From: a virus
Lineage: Duplodnaviria > Caudoviricetes
IMG/VR virus record: IMGVR_UViG_3300017565_000002
Span: 1 to 64,000 of that record
Strand: one strand, 5' to 3'
Length of the DNA stretch: 64,000 nt
In this document: positions 36,027 through 45,750 of the stretch, piece by piece
Numbering within the stretch: the first letter of the stretch is position 1
Layout of the letters: each line of letters begins with the position of its first letter
Translations under genes and position numbers: made by a program
Notes under the pieces: model-generated
Seen by the model: the letters and a program-made list of their open reading frames with translations, nothing else
Told to the model about the DNA's origin: nothing
Databases searched by the model: none

Positions 36027-39000
36027 TTATATGACCCGTTCGGATATCATAACGTTACCCGTTGGTGCATCAATACCTACAGCTACAAACTTATTACCAC
36101 CATAGCACACCGATCTCCATTTGGTATCTACCGGAGTTGTTCTTAGTGTCCAGTTTAATCCATCAGGTGATGTCATTGCACGATTTCCTGTACCCGTATC
36201 GGAAACCGCTACAAATATCCCATTTCCAAATGCTACAGAGGTCCAACCATTATCGACTGGGTATGATACAGAGAACCACGTTATACCATCATATGAGGCC
36301 ATAACACGGTTGCCGGTTCCATTCCACGCCACCGACACAAATATTCCATTTCCATATGCTATTGAAGACCAGTAGTTATCGGCTGGGGTCGTTCCACTCA
36401 TCCAGGTTATACCATCCGCAGACACCATGACGCGATTTCCGCTTCCCGTTGTTGACACTGCCACAAACTTACCCGCTGCATGTGTCACATATGACCAAGC
36501 ATTACTCGATGCAGGCGTTCGAACAGTCCAATCTATACCGTCACTTGATGTCATAACCATATTTCCGGTTGTCGAAACGGATACCGCTACAAATAATCCT
36601 TCTCCGTAGGTTACACTATTCCAACTGCTAGATGGTGTTGAGCGTGGTATCCAAGTCTTACCATCCGTTGATGTCAAGACGTTGGCACCTGAGGTTTGAC
36701 CAACCGCTACGAATAAGCCATTACCAAAGCAGACAGATGTCCAATAAGAATTTGGGGTTGCCCTAGATGTCCAAGCAGATCCATCCGTAGAAGTCATAAT
36801 ATGCGTGGTCCCACCATCAGGTGATATTGCCACAAATAACCCAAGCCCATAGCATATAGCCGCCCAGCTGTTATTTGCCGATCCTGTCTTGGATAGCCAC
36901 ACAGCACCTGCCTGAACCATGGGCATTGCACGAACATATTCCGCGATTTTAAGTATTGAGTCTTTTTCCGATGCCTTCGTCGTACCTCGTTCTGCCAGTG
37001 TGTCAACTATCATTTTTCGAGCACCATCGACAGAGCTGAAATAATAGGATAAATTAGCTCCAGCATCAGATACCATGGCACAATATCCATTACCCGGAAC
37101 TCCAACTACTACAAATCTCCCAATAGCATAGCAGATACCCGTCCAACCCGGATTGAATGTATATTCAACAGGACCGGGTCTGACTGACCAGTTAATACCA
37201 TCAGGAGATACTAAAAGTTTATTCTCGTTTCCAATAGCTACAAACATCCCGTCACCATATGCAATATTAAGCCAAGTGTATGAGTTAGCCGATGAACGGT
37301 ATGTCCAACTAACACCATCCGATGACGTTATTATGTGGTTCCCCGTACCTGTACCAATTAGAGCTACGAACATTCCATTTCCATAGCACACAGCTCTAAG
37401 ATCAAGAGTATCCGGTGCAGTTTGTAATGTCCACGTCGTTCCGTCAGTTGATGTCCCAATTCGTTGGGTTGTCCCAGAGTTGTGGACCGCTACAAATATC
37501 CCATCACCAAAACAGATGGAATTCCAACCATATAAACTACCAGACGTTGTATTCGTCCAGTTCATGCCATCGGTAGATATTGACACGTCAGGACTTGAAC
37601 CATCCCGTGTCCCCACCGCTACAAACCTTCCATTCCCATAAGTCACGGATTGCCAATTTGTACTACTATCAATCGATGAGCTTAGGAACCAACCGGTGCC
37701 GGTATTCGACCACATGGCTCGACTGGAACCTGCTTGTCCGACTACAACAAATTTTCCTTTTGCATAGCAGATTGATTGCCATCCACTCGAAGAAGGTGTG
37801 GGTGTTGTTGACCAAGAATCGCCAGTGACTGACACCATCACAACGTTATTAGAACCCGATTGGATCGCAACGAATCTATTTTCTCCGTAAGTTATTGATT
37901 TCCAAGAGTGGTTGGCAGCCGTGGCACGCCTATCCCAACGTAAACCGGGTACTGATCCAAGTTTAAGAATGTCTTTAGCGTTTAGTGCAAGACCATCAGT
38001 TGGCGAGGCATTTGCACCTTTGCTGGTAAGGGCATCCCCTATACTAGTTTTACCTGCGTTGTCTCTAGTTAAAAACGATCCAAAGTCTGTTGAAGGTATA
38101 CTGGTCATAACTGAGTTTGCGGAACTCGGGCTATTTGCAACCGCCACAAATCTTCCGTTACCATAAACAATACCTTTCCAATTCAATGCGGTTGTACCGT
38201 CTCTTGGTGCAGGGAAAAGATACCACTCACCCGCAACCATAAGTGTAGTTGAATACATAACTTGATTGGCTGTATCATCACTTGATAAAGCAACCCATGA
38301 GTCACCACCAAAGGCAACCATATGCCATCTAACGTTTTCTGAACTTGCGACCATCCCGTTAGATGGCATATAGCTAGGTTCACTCAATATTAATACTTGA
38401 CTACCCAATCCCCCCGTTGAGGTTTCTACCGCTACAAACGATCCATTGCCAAAGGATATTGATGACCATGCTACTATGTTTGTACCAGTGAGTGTGGTGA
38501 TCTCCCAGTTTATACCGTCAGTTGACGACATAAGTCTCTTACCAGTGGCTTCCGTATACGTACCACTTGCAACTGCCACAAACCTTCCGTTTCCATATGC
38601 TACAGATTCCCATTGCCCGATAAAGGCGTCGCGTAATGTCCAATTGATACCGTCATATGACGTCATTACGGACTGTATATTGCTACTATAGCCTACTGCT
38701 ACATACATACCATTTCCATATACCACAGATGTCCACTGTTTAACATGTGTTAATGCCCCCGTCCAAGTAAATCCACTTGTAGAGGTCATGACATTGGCCA
38801 CGACGTTCGTGGGGTTAGATTCAGTTGCTAAAGCAACAAACTTCCCATCACCGAAACATATTGCTTTCCAATATCCCGTTGTCGTAGCATTTTGGTAAAT
38901 TTGTGGTGTTGTTCGTGCCGTCCAACTTTTACCGGTTGAAGACGTCATTACACCTGAGGTTGTCGTGGAACGTATGGCTACGAATGTATTCGCACCGAAT

Positions 39001-39449
39001 GCAATACCAGCCCATGCGCCAGCTATTGCAGTTTCTAAAGACCATATTTTTCCGGGGTGAAGGCCGCCATCATCACCCCCCTCACCCTGTAAGATAAAAG
39101 CCGAGCCGTTATAGCGCAATGTGCAGATTGCGGATGCGACAAGACGGTTATTTGAAACAAAAAGTCCCTTAGAATCATAAATCGGTTTTGCACCTAATCC
39201 ATTTACGTTAATTGTAGACGAATTGGTGTTTGTTATATGAAACTTGACGGATATACACATACCCTCAACATATGCTGTCGGTGCCGGGGATAGTGTGAGT
39301 GTGTATGCATTGACCGAACCAGCAGTTACCCCATAACCCGGCTGACGGACATAGTCAGCCTCGGACAATACACGAGGTGTTGCAGTACCATCCACATAAG
39401 CGAGCTTCTTACCACCTATTGTACTTCCAGCACTCAAATTACTTGGCAT
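36027..39449 (-). CDS. Tail-fibre/receptor-binding protein with three beta-propeller modules (WxxVxYGNGxFVAV repeats)
   Basis: N-terminal AYTLTLSPAP...TINVNGLGAKPI; many ~40-aa blades; two helical spacers. Confidence 0.75.
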   Translation of the reverse strand: MPSNLSAGSTIGGKKLAYVDGTATPRVLSEADYVRQPGYGVTAGSVNAYTLTLSPAPTAYVEGMCISVKFHITNTNSSTINVNGLGAKPIYDSKGLFVSNNRLVASAICTLRYNGSAFILQGEGGDDGGLHPGKIWSLETAIAGAWAGIAFGANTFVAIRSTTTSGVMTSSTGKSWTARTTPQIYQNATTTGYWKAICFGDGKFVALATESNPTNVVANVMTSTSGFTWTGALTHVKQWTSVVYGNGMYVAVGYSSNIQSVMTSYDGINWTLRDAFIGQWESVAYGNGRFVAVASGTYTEATGKRLMSSTDGINWEITTLTGTNIVAWSSISFGNGSFVAVETSTGGLGSQVLILSEPSYMPSNGMVASSENVRWHMVAFGGDSWVALSSDDTANQVMYSTTLMVAGEWYLFPAPRDGTTALNWKGIVYGNGRFVAVANSPSSANSVMTSIPSTDFGSFLTRDNAGKTSIGDALTSKGANASPTDGLALNAKDILKLGSVPGLRWDRRATAANHSWKSITYGENRFVAIQSGSNNVVMVSVTGDSWSTTPTPSSSGWQSICYAKGKFVVVGQAGSSRAMWSNTGTGWFLSSSIDSSTNWQSVTYGNGRFVAVGTRDGSSPDVSISTDGMNWTNTTSGSLYGWNSICFGDGIFVAVHNSGTTQRIGTSTDGTTWTLQTAPDTLDLRAVCYGNGMFVALIGTGTGNHIITSSDGVSWTYRSSANSYTWLNIAYGDGMFVAIGNENKLLVSPDGINWSVRPGPVEYTFNPGWTGICYAIGRFVVVGVPGNGYCAMVSDAGANLSYYFSSVDGARKMIVDTLAERGTTKASEKDSILKIAEYVRAMPMVQAGAVWLSKTGSANNSWAAICYGLGLFVAISPDGGTTHIMTSTDGSAWTSRATPNSYWTSVCFGNGLFVAVGQTSGANVLTSTDGKTWIPRSTPSSSWNSVTYGEGLFVAVSVSTTGNMVMTSSDGIDWTVRTPASSNAWSYVTHAAGKFVAVSTTGSGNRVMVSADGITWMSGTTPADNYWSSIAYGNGIFVSVAWNGTGNRVMASYDGITWFSVSYPVDNGWTSVAFGNGIFVAVSDTGTGNRAMTSPDGLNWTLRTTPVDTKWRSVCYGGNKFVAVGIDAPTGNVMISERVI

Positions 39450-39463
39450 GAATAATTCACTCC

Positions 39464-42262
39464 TTAACGTATTTTCAATATGCCGTCAGATGTTAAATGA
39501 AATGGGCTATCATATGAATAAGCCCAAGCTGCACCATTATTTATGGTTCCATGACTGGCGTTGGAGGTTGAATCTTGAGCAACCGTTCCATCACCCTCGG
39601 CCAGTTTCCAATAACCCACCAAACCACTTTCATTACCTTGTAGGGTTTTATACATATTGGCTTGAATGTCAGCAGTATTTCTAGCTACATTCCAAACTCG
39701 AATATCACGTAAAGAACCTTTGTGATATCGTAATGCGCCTCCATCTCCGCCTCTTCCGATTTCAAACGGAGATGATGTATTCCCCATAGACTCCACTGTT
39801 TTTCCAGAAGTACCTATGGATATTCCATTGCAATATACGTTAGATGAGGTTCCATTTGCAACCCATGCAAAATGTATCCACTCATTTACGTTGATCGTAG
39901 TGAGTGCTATAGTTGTCGCATAAACATTACTACCACCCGATGCCATCCATGAACGGAAATATAAATCAGTCGCTGAACTAAATACTGAATATTCCCATGG
40001 GCCGCCGCGTTTCCCTAAGACACCACAGTTTGTTTTATCCGTAAACTTAACCCAGAATTCAATTGTAAATATATTATTTGTGAATGATAAATGATCGTAA
40101 TCTCCCACGTATATATAGTCGTCTACACCATCAAAGGAGATGCAATCCGGGCCATCTATCAATCCCCTAGTTTTTAATACACCGTCACTACTAAGACGGA
40201 ATGCATTATAAGCATATGCCCACGACGCTCCGCCATTTATAGTGCCATGATTCCCATTAGACGTCGAATCCGCCACTGTTGTACCCATACCCTCATCTAT
40301 CTTCCAATAACCAACCAGACCACTTTCATTACCTTTCAAGTTTTTCCCAATGTTTGCTTTAATCTGAGTTTGATCACGAACGACACTCCACATGCGTACA
40401 TCCCAGACTCTACCTGTAAACTGACGATCACCTAAAACGCTATTTCCAAAATATAATGGAGCCGTTGACGAGCCTGGTAACGCTAATGTTGCTGTTGCAT
40501 CAAGCATACCATTCAGATATAAATTTGTAACCCCAGAAGAGTTTATAGTAACTGCTACATGATAATCTACATTTGGCTGTAGAACTGTGCTTCCCCTAAT
40601 AACTAGGGAACTATTGTTAGTAATAAAAGTAGCCCTCGGCAACCCCTCTGGTGTTGAAATATATATCCCAAAACCACCAGCGCCGTCGTTATCAGCTGCC
40701 TTGTTCACGATACGAATGGCAGTGAGTAGAACTGAATATTTGAAATTAGCCTCAACGGTGAAGGCTGTAAATCCTTTTAAAACTGAACTATCTGGGATAC
40801 TTACATATTGTGACGTGCCACCAAATAAAAGGCAATCTGGTGTATCCGAATATCCTCGCAGTTTCAGGATACCAGACTTATTCTGTTCGTATTTCCGCCC
40901 TGAACGTCCCCAGCCCCCACCGTAGTTGGTTGCATGGATAGCATTTGACGTATAATCCTTTATTGTATTCCCAGAACCTTCATCCATCCTCCAATAACCG
41001 ATTAAACCAGTTTCATTACCCTTCAATATTACATTTCTATTATCGCGAATTTCCTGCTGAGTTCTTACTGTATTCCAAATGCGTACATCCTGTATATATC
41101 CTTTAAAGAAATACGTTGGAACCCAAGTTGAAGTAAGGAAAGACGGTTCTGCTCCAAACATTAGTGGTGAATTTGCGGAATAGGTGATTGGGTAGGTAGA
41201 ACCGATATCAGTAGTCGCGACAATCACACCATCCACTAACAAAAGTACATATCTGCCATCAAATCTCCCGACTAAATGATGAAATCCGGGCGTGATTGTT
41301 GATGTGGCGACCTGTGCATATCGGTGATTTCCGTTTGCATATACCGAAAATGCTAACACATCCCCAAGGCTGGATAAAGCATATCCGCCATTCTCAGTGC
41401 ACGATACAATAGTCCCACGTAATTCTACTGGTTGTACCCAGTTATCCATACTAACCCATGCCTCTAAAGTCATCTGCGTGGTGAGTTTATGAGTGGCATT
41501 ATAGGGTACTTGGACATAAGCTCCGCTAGTAGGTTGACCGTTAAAATATAAACAGTCAACCTTCGGGCTGTATTGAAGTCTGAATGCGCCGTAGGAATAA
41601 TCCCATTGCGCATTAACCAGAGTACCGTTAATGCCATACGATGAATAATCAATCGCAGTACCATCGTATGCTTGAGTTAAAGGCCAATAACCAACTAACC
41701 CAGTCTCAGACCCGGTAAGCGTTGCAGTCATATTATCCCGAATTTCCTGTGGGGTTCTGACTATATTCCACATACGAACGTCTCGGATTTGGCCATTATG
41801 GTATTTCGTACCGGAGGCATCCCCACCTCTTCCGATTTCAAGCGGGGATGCACCACCGGCGGACATGTTATTAGTCGTTTTATCAGCGGACGCCATGTAA
41901 ACACCGTTACAATAAACACTACTGGAGGTTCCATTAGCCACCCAAGCAAAATGGAGCCAGGTATTCTCTACAATAGGCGGATTCATAGGTACAGACACAA
42001 AATATACAGTAGAACCACCGTGCGTCCATCCATTAAATCTTATTGCATCTCCAGTAGCTGAGGTATATACAGAATATTCCCAATCTACCGTAGTCCCACG
42101 TTTTCCTAATATACCACTTGCGACCTTGGAAGTGAATTTAACCCAGAATTCGATTGTAAATATATTTCCCGGGAATGAGAAATGGTCTTGGTCTGGTATC
42201 GTAATATAGGAACTATTGGCAGGATTAAAACTTACGCAATCATAGCCTTCCATCAAAGGCAT
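39464..42262 (-). CDS. Four-LamG (concanavalin-like) domain tail-associated protein
   Basis: Four copies of TIEFWV...W.H.A...Y.NG...G.I.DVR.WN..R....I......G.E.GLVGYW. Confidence 0.85.
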   Translation of the reverse strand: MPLMEGYDCVSFNPANSSYITIPDQDHFSFPGNIFTIEFWVKFTSKVASGILGKRGTTVDWEYSVYTSATGDAIRFNGWTHGGSTVYFVSVPMNPPIVENTWLHFAWVANGTSSSVYCNGVYMASADKTTNNMSAGGASPLEIGRGGDASGTKYHNGQIRDVRMWNIVRTPQEIRDNMTATLTGSETGLVGYWPLTQAYDGTAIDYSSYGINGTLVNAQWDYSYGAFRLQYSPKVDCLYFNGQPTSGAYVQVPYNATHKLTTQMTLEAWVSMDNWVQPVELRGTIVSCTENGGYALSSLGDVLAFSVYANGNHRYAQVATSTITPGFHHLVGRFDGRYVLLLVDGVIVATTDIGSTYPITYSANSPLMFGAEPSFLTSTWVPTYFFKGYIQDVRIWNTVRTQQEIRDNRNVILKGNETGLIGYWRMDEGSGNTIKDYTSNAIHATNYGGGWGRSGRKYEQNKSGILKLRGYSDTPDCLLFGGTSQYVSIPDSSVLKGFTAFTVEANFKYSVLLTAIRIVNKAADNDGAGGFGIYISTPEGLPRATFITNNSSLVIRGSTVLQPNVDYHVAVTINSSGVTNLYLNGMLDATATLALPGSSTAPLYFGNSVLGDRQFTGRVWDVRMWSVVRDQTQIKANIGKNLKGNESGLVGYWKIDEGMGTTVADSTSNGNHGTINGGASWAYAYNAFRLSSDGVLKTRGLIDGPDCISFDGVDDYIYVGDYDHLSFTNNIFTIEFWVKFTDKTNCGVLGKRGGPWEYSVFSSATDLYFRSWMASGGSNVYATTIALTTINVNEWIHFAWVANGTSSNVYCNGISIGTSGKTVESMGNTSSPFEIGRGGDGGALRYHKGSLRDIRVWNVARNTADIQANMYKTLQGNESGLVGYWKLAEGDGTVAQDSTSNASHGTINNGAAWAYSYDSPFHLTSDGILKIR

Positions 42263-42580
42263 TTAGATCACCTCAATATCTAATGCATTAACCGCCGAAT
42301 TGAATTTAATCTTAAAATTCCCAAAGGTTAAATCATCTGCTGAACTTCCGGTCTTACCAAGTTTACTGACATTTAGAGTGTCAAATACTTCTCTCACAAT
42401 CTTAGGTGTAGCGGCCATGTTTTCGACTGGACTAGCGATAGAAGACGATAACTGAACTAAGCCTTTATTTGCAGTAGTCGCAGTTGCACCTAGTATTTCA
42501 TCGGTTACTTCCAATGATCTAGTTTTTATTTTTCGTGTAACCTGTAAGTCGCCATTAATAATACTGGATTCCATTTCCAT
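42263..42580 (-). CDS. Short tail-fibre-repeat adaptor protein
   Basis: ATTANKGLVQLSSSIASPVENMAATPKIV tail-fibre repeat; C-terminus FKIKFNSAVNALDIEVI. Confidence 0.7.
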   Translation of the reverse strand: MEMESSIINGDLQVTRKIKTRSLEVTDEILGATATTANKGLVQLSSSIASPVENMAATPKIVREVFDTLNVSKLGKTGSSADDLTFGNFKIKFNSAVNALDIEVI

Positions 42581-42581
42581 T

Positions 42582-45500
42582 TTAGTAAACCTCCTTCAGT
42601 CTCCCTTTAATATAAAGTTCCCCGGTATTTAGGTACTTCATCATATTCTTTGACTGTGTGCTCAATTCGTATAGAAGATTGATCTCTATTTCAGACAGAA
42701 ATCTTCCATAGTAACGAAAATCTGTAATCTTTCCTTTTGTAATTGTACCCGTACCTTCCGCTACACCATTACCCAAAAAGTATAATTCCGTAGATTCAAA
42801 TCCGGGCAATTGGGCCACCGTTGGAATATTAGTTGCAACATAGTTTCCATTTAAATAAACATCAATAAACATTCCGTTATTTGAATCAGCATACTGAATC
42901 ACCACATGCGTGTATTTTCGTATAAACCAATCCGTTGCATACTGAATTGTGGTAACACAGGAACCATTTGCAGTCTCGTAAATCAAGCTAAATGAATCCG
43001 ACCCGTCGGTATTATTTCTCAATTTTATCCAAGCAAATACGCCACCACCAACTTTAGGGGTTTCTTTCGAAGATAGAATCGTAAATGGTACTGACATAGA
43101 TTGAGATTCATCGACATATACCCAGAATGAAAAAGCTCCCTTAGCTGGGTTAACAAATCCCCCGGGTGTGGGCGCAATAATATAGGCTGTCCCATCAGAC
43201 TGATGACCACTTCCACGCAAGAAAGATACGACCTTGGTTGTACCGTACGTAGATACTGTAGTCATATTGCTATTAATCAATTCTTTCAATGGTCCATTTA
43301 ACGGCCACCATGAGTTTAAACCATTCAGTGGTCCACGCTCCATAAACCCCCTAGCTTTAACAATACCGTTCTGACCAACACTTACTTGCTTATCACTTGA
43401 TAAGAATCGGAAAAATCTAAAGTCGATTTCAGCACCAGCACTTGTAAAGAGTTCGATGCGGAAACTGGATACAGGAGAGTGCGCCCAATATGGATGTGTA
43501 CTTAAATCAATTATCTTCTCATCCCAGTTTCCGTTTGTATTCAATTGAATATAACTGGTAGTTTGGTTAAATTCTGAATCTCGGGCATTATTGAATGCGA
43601 CTCTGAGCGACGTAGCCCCGCCGGACCTAATCCGGTATTTGACTTCAAATTTGTTAAATCTACTATTGTCCATCATTACCAAATTTCTGTAAAAAATGGA
43701 TGTAAGTGAAGTCGTTAGTGATGGGTATTGAGTAGTGGCGACGATTGACAGATTACCATCAGCCAGACTTCGAGTACAATTAGTCGGTGTAAACGAGTTT
43801 GTGACACCGTAATATTCCAAACCAATTGTCGATTCAAATTGAACAGCAGTCATTGAGCCATATTCGTCCAATGAAGCACGTCTTTGGTATAAATCTTTAA
43901 TATCTGAAACCGATAGTGCAGATCTATAAATTGCAAATTCCGAAATTGTACCCACCCATCGGTATTGGTCGTCTCCATTTGTTCCAATATAAATATTAGA
44001 ACTTAACTGATAGGTTGTATAGCTCACCGTACGCGAAAGAGCAGTATCGACATATAATTTTGCAGTAAGTCCATCTAACACCATGGCTATATGCGTAAGT
44101 TTTCCATCAACCATTGATACCGCAGATGCAGCATTCCATGGTAGGTCTTTAATACCAATAGACCATTTTCCGTCGATTATGCCAACGTAGAATCTTTGAT
44201 TTGTACCATTGGTGCTCCCAAATAAGATTGTGCTTTCACCATAAGTCTTCGGCACAACCCATGCGGTTATTGTAATTGGTTGAACGGCTGGGAAAATGGA
44301 ATTCCCATATGGAACCATCATCTTACCCTTGTTGGTTATAAAATCATAATGACCAACACCCATACCATTCTTATCTGCAACCCACCTCGGGAATCTCCAG
44401 TCTGTATCTATTGGATTCTCTGCGGAGGACGTAATATCGCGTCCATACCCACTAAGATCTGGGATTCTCGCCGGGGTTGATTCATTCGTAAATGGCGTTG
44501 CATATGCAGATCTTTCTGATTGCACTTCATCAATAATAATATAACTTCCTGCTTTCATTAATCCGGTTGGGCTAACCAATGCGAATTTATCCGTATATGT
44601 CGTACCAAGACCACCGCTGGTCACGGAAAGACTTAAGGATTGCCTATTATATCCATTGGCCCCCGATATTAGATCAGCCAATACATACGTATGGTTTGCT
44701 TTGTATCTAGCAATACCAATATTCGTTGCACTACCGACTGCCATTTTGTATTCAACAACTGTTGCACTCAGTGTATGTGTATACGAATATGCCACTTGGC
44801 CAAGTATACCAAGTTCAAGTTCCAATATTCCGGTATAATCAGCAACCACTTCAAACTTAAATCTCGTCTGAGATAATCTGGTTGCTTTGATATTGCCCTG
44901 TGTAACATTGGAACCAATTACAAGGAGATTTAACCAATCATCCCACTTAGCCCTATTATACACGGGCTCTTGAAACGAATTAAATTTATAGTGGACAACC
45001 TTAGCCTTTGCAAGTTCTTTTACCTCCTGTATAGAGAGCGTATGATCATACAATCTTAAATCAGCTACATATCCCCTAAGCTTAGAGTTGGCGGTACTTT
45101 TTATCCTTGGCCCTATAGTTATATCCGCAGTATTTTCAGTTCTCGGGAGTATATGGCTACCTTGAAGCATTGCTGAATTGAACCAGACGCCATTTAGATG
45201 TGCACGCATAGCCGTACCATCGCAAGTCATTACAAAATGGTTCCACGTATTAATGGTTATAGTAGTTGCTACTGTAACTGTACTACCGGGCGGGTTTCCT
45301 GCTTGGTTAGTACCAATTAGATAGTAAACGTTTCCTGTACTATCTATCCATATTGCTGTAGTTGCATTGCTAAAATATGATCCTTCCGCTTTACTGACTA
45401 ACACACCAAAATGGGTTGCCGGTGGAAGCTCCGTTATATATGCCCACACGGATACTGAGAACGTATCATTCGAGCCAAACACCATTTTTGATAATAAATC

Positions 45501-45662
45501 CGAATGCGGGATGACAATCCTATCACTATCTAGTGTGAATTTAGCAGCACTACCAAATTTTTCACTTGATTCAAAATATGCACCCAGCGCTTGCCCGTGA
45601 TTAGCATTCATTGTATAATCTTTAACATCATTTATTAATGGATAATGCCCGATTAAAGCCAT
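42582..45662 (-). CDS. Multi-LamG tail-associated protein
   Basis: LIGHYPL...WNHFV...ADLRLYDHTLS..EVKEL; three LamG-like units plus carbohydrate-binding-like inserts. Confidence 0.8.
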   Translation of the reverse strand: MALIGHYPLINDVKDYTMNANHGQALGAYFESSEKFGSAAKFTLDSDRIVIPHSDLLSKMVFGSNDTFSVSVWAYITELPPATHFGVLVSKAEGSYFSNATTAIWIDSTGNVYYLIGTNQAGNPPGSTVTVATTITINTWNHFVMTCDGTAMRAHLNGVWFNSAMLQGSHILPRTENTADITIGPRIKSTANSKLRGYVADLRLYDHTLSIQEVKELAKAKVVHYKFNSFQEPVYNRAKWDDWLNLLVIGSNVTQGNIKATRLSQTRFKFEVVADYTGILELELGILGQVAYSYTHTLSATVVEYKMAVGSATNIGIARYKANHTYVLADLISGANGYNRQSLSLSVTSGGLGTTYTDKFALVSPTGLMKAGSYIIIDEVQSERSAYATPFTNESTPARIPDLSGYGRDITSSAENPIDTDWRFPRWVADKNGMGVGHYDFITNKGKMMVPYGNSIFPAVQPITITAWVVPKTYGESTILFGSTNGTNQRFYVGIIDGKWSIGIKDLPWNAASAVSMVDGKLTHIAMVLDGLTAKLYVDTALSRTVSYTTYQLSSNIYIGTNGDDQYRWVGTISEFAIYRSALSVSDIKDLYQRRASLDEYGSMTAVQFESTIGLEYYGVTNSFTPTNCTRSLADGNLSIVATTQYPSLTTSLTSIFYRNLVMMDNSRFNKFEVKYRIRSGGATSLRVAFNNARDSEFNQTTSYIQLNTNGNWDEKIIDLSTHPYWAHSPVSSFRIELFTSAGAEIDFRFFRFLSSDKQVSVGQNGIVKARGFMERGPLNGLNSWWPLNGPLKELINSNMTTVSTYGTTKVVSFLRGSGHQSDGTAYIIAPTPGGFVNPAKGAFSFWVYVDESQSMSVPFTILSSKETPKVGGGVFAWIKLRNNTDGSDSFSLIYETANGSCVTTIQYATDWFIRKYTHVVIQYADSNNGMFIDVYLNGNYVATNIPTVAQLPGFESTELYFLGNGVAEGTGTITKGKITDFRYYGRFLSEIEINLLYELSTQSKNMMKYLNTGELYIKGRLKEVY

Positions 45663-45711
45663 TTTCTCTTCCTCCTCTAAAATATCCTTATTTAAAGGTT
45701 GATAAAGATAA

Positions 45712-45740
45712 CTCCCATCTTATTATTTATAAGATGGGAG
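45712..45740 (-). terminator. Intrinsic terminator-like hairpin
   Basis: ctcccatctta/taagatgggag after the stop of the 1532-aa fibre. Confidence 0.65.
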
Positions 45741-45750
45741 GTAAATATTA

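Noticed and set aside
42260-42265. Stop-codon readthrough fusing the 105-aa adaptor to the four-LamG protein (in-frame TAA-ATG)
   Set aside because: A good SD (GAGGTGA) sits 5 nt before the ATG and TAA is the least leaky stop; translational coupling is the simpler explanation
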